64,000 nt of DNA. It comes from Tubiluchus corallicola (Eukaryota; Animalia; Priapulida). Made by a program: the position numbers and the translations under genes. Under the pieces are notes generated by a model. That model searched no databases. It worked only from the letters and a program-made list of their open reading frames with translations, and was not told the DNA's origin. Of the stretch, positions 60,090 to 64,000 are shown one piece after another. Within the stretch, counting starts at the first letter, position 1. Each line of letters starts with the position of its first letter. Where the stretch lies: contig JAQGDQ010000171.1 in the NCBI GenBank assembly GCA_030141605.1, positions 248,001 to 312,000 on the forward strand. Reading direction: 5' to 3'.

Positions 60090-63000
60090 GTAATGGAGCT
60101 GCTCTTTGGGCCAACATTAGGGTCGCTAGTCAAGAAACACCGCCTGCACGATGGAACACCTCACAGTACTCTGACCAATGTCCTCGTACAATTCCGCCAG
60201 TCATAAGAAGCCTTTTTTCTAATGTGCCACCGGTGGTCAATTTTGGATTCTCTGGACAAATTGGTAATAAGCGGCGGACGTATGTATGAGTTCGTGGATG
60301 TCCGTGCGTGCGTGAGTGCGTGTGTGTGTGTGTTAGTAGGTGGTATTTCAGCTGCATTATTTCTATTGCTAGAACTTAGAAGGCTACGTCATTTACAGCA
60401 AAGGTTGTCATTCGTGCCATCTGTGTTTATGTTTGTGTATGCCCATAAAACTAATTATAAAAAATCTGTTGTTTTCTTTTACAGCTGAAGAGCTGCCCAG
60501 CTCCTTGAAAAGAAATTTGAAGTGGAAGACGCGTTATATTATTTTGAAGAAACTCCTTTATCATTCAAACTTCCACATTTCAAGTAGGTACTGTATTGAC
60601 ATAGGAGATATTGAAGCGTACTGTATTATTGTGTATAAGCAAGCAACAACCAATCATGTGGCTACTTATATGCATAGAGGCAAGACATGATAAAACTGAA
60701 AATCGTTATTAACTAATGCAGTTTATTGTCCGCGTTGGACAGTCTGATAATGTATATCGCAATGTATAACTGCTTAATTGCAAGTCGATTAGTTTGTATC
60801 TTTAGTTTGTTTTTCTATATGTTTGGCTTATACAATAACCATTTCTGCAGCTTTTGCTGCCTGTAATATCTTCAGTATCTCCAAAAAGTACTTCCAGCCG
60901 CTGAACTTTAATATCTACCGATCGCATCAACATATAGAAAAAAGCCATATTTTTAAGCCGACGATATGTATAAGTGCAGCTCTATACGGCTGCTTATAAG
61001 GATTTTTATTTGTCAATTATTGTAGCTCTGCCAAAGTAAAACAAACACAGATGAAGAGGGCGCACCAAATTTAAGTCCCTAAATTCGTTTCTTTTTCAGC
61101 AAAAGATGGGTGGTTAGGGTTTTGGGGCAGTCCATTGAAAATTGTCGAATACCGGGACGTGTTAGAATACCAAAAAGTAAGTATGGTTGCTTGTAAAATC
61201 AAATTCAAACTCATGATTCAGCCTAAAAAAGAATTTTGTGAATATTCTTTATTTATATAAAATATATAAACTTATTTATATGACGGTTTTATCTACAGTG
61301 GGTATGCCGCAGATATGTATTCTAATGTACTACCACTTTCTGCACTGCACCGCACTGCACTTCACTGCCCTACACTGCACCGTACTGCATTACACTACAC
61401 CATATTGCACAGTACTGCAATGCATTTCACTGCACAGCACTGCATGATATGCACTACAGATGTTACGTTATGCAACACTGCACTACGCTACGCTACTCTA
61501 CACTACACTACACTACACTGCACTACACTGCACTGCACTGCACTGCACTGCACTACACTACACTACACTACACTACACTACCATACACCACATCAAACCA
61601 CACTACACTGCACTACACTACAGTACACTGCACTGCACTGCACTACACTACACTACACTACACTACACTACACTACACTACACTACACTACACTACACTA
61701 CACTACACTACACTATATCGTCTTGTTAGCATGGGATGCTCATTTTTGATATTCGATCCCATCGTTGCTTGGAACTAGTATGGAGTTATTTCGATTTCAG
61801 GGTTGGGCCTTTTTCTAATCCGTTTAATTAAATTTCTTTTTAAAAAATATGACACCATCGCCACTAGGTGTGCAATTGTGAATATGTACCGTTGCCTAAA
61901 CCTGATAATCTTTTAATCATACACAAAATAAAGATTTATTCGTGCACTTGTTTTGTGACTACAATTACATAGTTATTTTGTAGTTTGGTCATTTTCCGGA
62001 TACGTGGGAAGTCGGGCGAAAAGACCGGCTCTGGCGCAACATATTACGGATGCAAGTCATGCATGGGAAACCGGACTTCAATTTTGTTCCCTTGACCTTT
62101 ATTTTCCCTAACGATGAACAAGCATTTCGAAATTACTGGGAAGCAAACCCACGAAAACACAAATGGATCGTCAAGCCAGTAAGTTGTCTCCGTTCTTGTC
62201 CAAGAAAAGAATTTCCTGTGGCGGTACATCTTTAACTACGACATTATAATGAAATAACTTGTGGAATGTCATTGGATAATTAACTTCAACTAAATCGTAC
62301 ATCTTGAGAATGGAAAGATAAACAGCAAAGTCACATGTTTATAAAACCATCAAAACAAAAGAAGAATTTTAAATACTTTTTCTAGCTAGCTGTTTTTTTT
62401 TCTGGAAGCCAAAAGCGAGTTTATAAATTGCATCTGAGTCTGTTTTAGCAATTTAGTGCATCCATACTCTTGCAGAAGCCTGCCTGTGTTGTATTTTAGT
62501 TCAAATGTCATTATAATTATAACGGCAGAAATTTAGAAATTATTTGGGCATCATGCAATTATGTCATTCTAATTTCGATGCTTCATTGCTAAACTAATTA
62601 ATTAATATTGTAATACTGTAGGCCTACAATTATTGATTATTTAAGCTTGATAAACATTAATTTATTTACAGCAAGCAAAAGCTCGAGGGAATGGTATTTA
62701 CGTAATCGGCAAATATGACGACATACCAGCCCAACAAAATGTTGTTGTGCAAAGGTAAAATTGATTTTCTGACCCTCATTATGTTGCCTTATACGATCTT
62801 AACATTAATTTCACTGGCATTCATTTATGAGCTTCTTTGTTTTTCTGTCTGTCTGTCTCTTTATCGGTTAGTTCTTTCATCTGTTCACGTGCATCCATCT
62901 ATTACTAGAAACTGCGAAAAGCTGATTTCCAAACTTTTTGCAATAATCTATCTTTCATAGCTGTAGCCACAACTACAGTGGCTGACAACAGATACCCTAC

Positions 63001-63259
63001 CAAGCGTTCCTACCAGCTGCAAAAAGTTGTCTGTTTTTTGTTTTTTTTGCTGCTAATTTACATTTGTAAATTTTTAACTGAAATAATCTTGGTTATAATA
63101 TTTATAATCTCAATAGAACTTTTTTTGCAGATATATTACGAAACCGTACTTGATCAACGATTTAAAGTTTGACTTGAGATTGTATGTGTACATTGCATCG
63201 TATGAACCTCTAAGAATTTACCTTTACAAAGAAGGCATCGTCAGATTTGCTACAATGAA
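60090..63259 (+). CDS. TTLL4: Tubulin-tyrosine-ligase-like glutamylase, TTLL4-like (partial: start not found, continues beyond the window)
   Basis: Exons 60090-60263, 60485-60583, 61100-61176, 61984-62178, 62672-62754, 63131-63259 (GT-AG, phases consistent). [54 protein letters not shown] and [45 protein letters not shown] match TTLL4-type motifs. Orthology versus paralogy was not tested. Confidence 0.88.
61340..61714. repeat. (ACTAC/ACTGC)n pentanucleotide microsatellite in a TTLL intron
   Basis: Directly visible. Confidence 0.95.
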
Positions 63260-63424
63260 GTACGTGTTACGAAGTATAACAATAGATAGTAATAATAGTT
63301 CTAATTCTGTGAGGCCATGACAGTTCTAAAATTTAAATTATAATACAAACAGTTCGTAACGCTACAGTCCAAAAAAACAAGTTAAATTTCTATTATGTAT
63401 ATCGAGGTCTCAGAAATCGCTATA

Positions 63425-63798
63425 CAGTGTTCCCTCGCTACTTCGCGGTTAGTTTATCCCGGACTCGCTGTTTCGCGGGTTTTCAAAAATATTAATGCAA
63501 AATATTTATCGCGGTATTTTCGCTGTTTCGCGGGTTTTTGCGGTACTCCGTCTAAAGTGTTTTTGCACATGCGTAGTACGTATTGTACAGTAATGTATAG
63601 ATTTAATGAATTTTGCATAAAAAATCACAAAATGTAAAAAAGGTACATGTACAGTATGGGAAAAGTTATTAAAGGAATGGGAAAGGGTTGTGTATAAGAG
63701 TGTGGGGAGGGTTTATACATAGCGTCCCTACTTCGCGGAAATTCACTTATCGCGGGTGGGCCTGTAACCGAACACCTGCGATAAGTGAGGGAACACTG
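63425..63798. mobile_element. Tc1/mariner (pogo/Tigger-like) MITE in a TTLL intron
   Basis: TA|CAGTGTTCCCTC...GAGGGAACACTG|TA with TA target duplication and repeated TCGCGG subterminal motifs. Confidence 0.9.
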
Positions 63799-64000
63799 TA
63801 TACATATTACATTAAATATATTTTTAAGCAAAATGTTTGAAAATACGTATAGATGAACTAAAATTTTTGAAACTTCTTTTAGTCAAATTAGACGAAATCA
63901 GTAAAAATATTGCGTTGGTAGGTTTCTACATGTATGTTCCCGATCTTAAACTGTAGGTCAAAACAATCTATTCTTTAAGATATTGAAAGGAAACATAACT

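Overview
AT-rich, microsatellite-rich, intron-containing DNA from an invertebrate animal (taxon not determinable from this window). Six protein-coding loci were reconstructed by hand from GT-AG splice sites with consistent phases. (1) + strand: cuticlin-type ZP-domain membrane protein with a long Gly/Tyr/His-rich N-terminus (9672-17076). (2) - strand: SLC16/MCT transporter carrying a tandemly duplicated, probably mutually exclusive 126-nt exon (23089-28882). (3) - strand: GM2-activator/ML-domain lipid-binding protein that appears only as disconnected fragments in the ORF track (40982-44759). (4) - strand: intron-poor DEG/ENaC channel with a single frameshift (47661-49737). (5) - strand: single-coding-exon gene fusing an MS4A/CD20-like four-TM domain to a tyrosine-kinase fold with pseudokinase substitutions and a C-terminal ITAM-like motif (53002-54672); this is the most unusual object in the window. 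(6) + strand: partial TTLL4-like glutamylase (60090 onward, continuing past the window). Intergenic and intronic DNA contains MITEs (hAT, Tc1/mariner, foldback-like), LINE and SINE remnants, a Penelope-like inverted repeat with hammerhead-ribozyme cores, and many simple repeats. No database searches were run; family calls come from recognised motifs.
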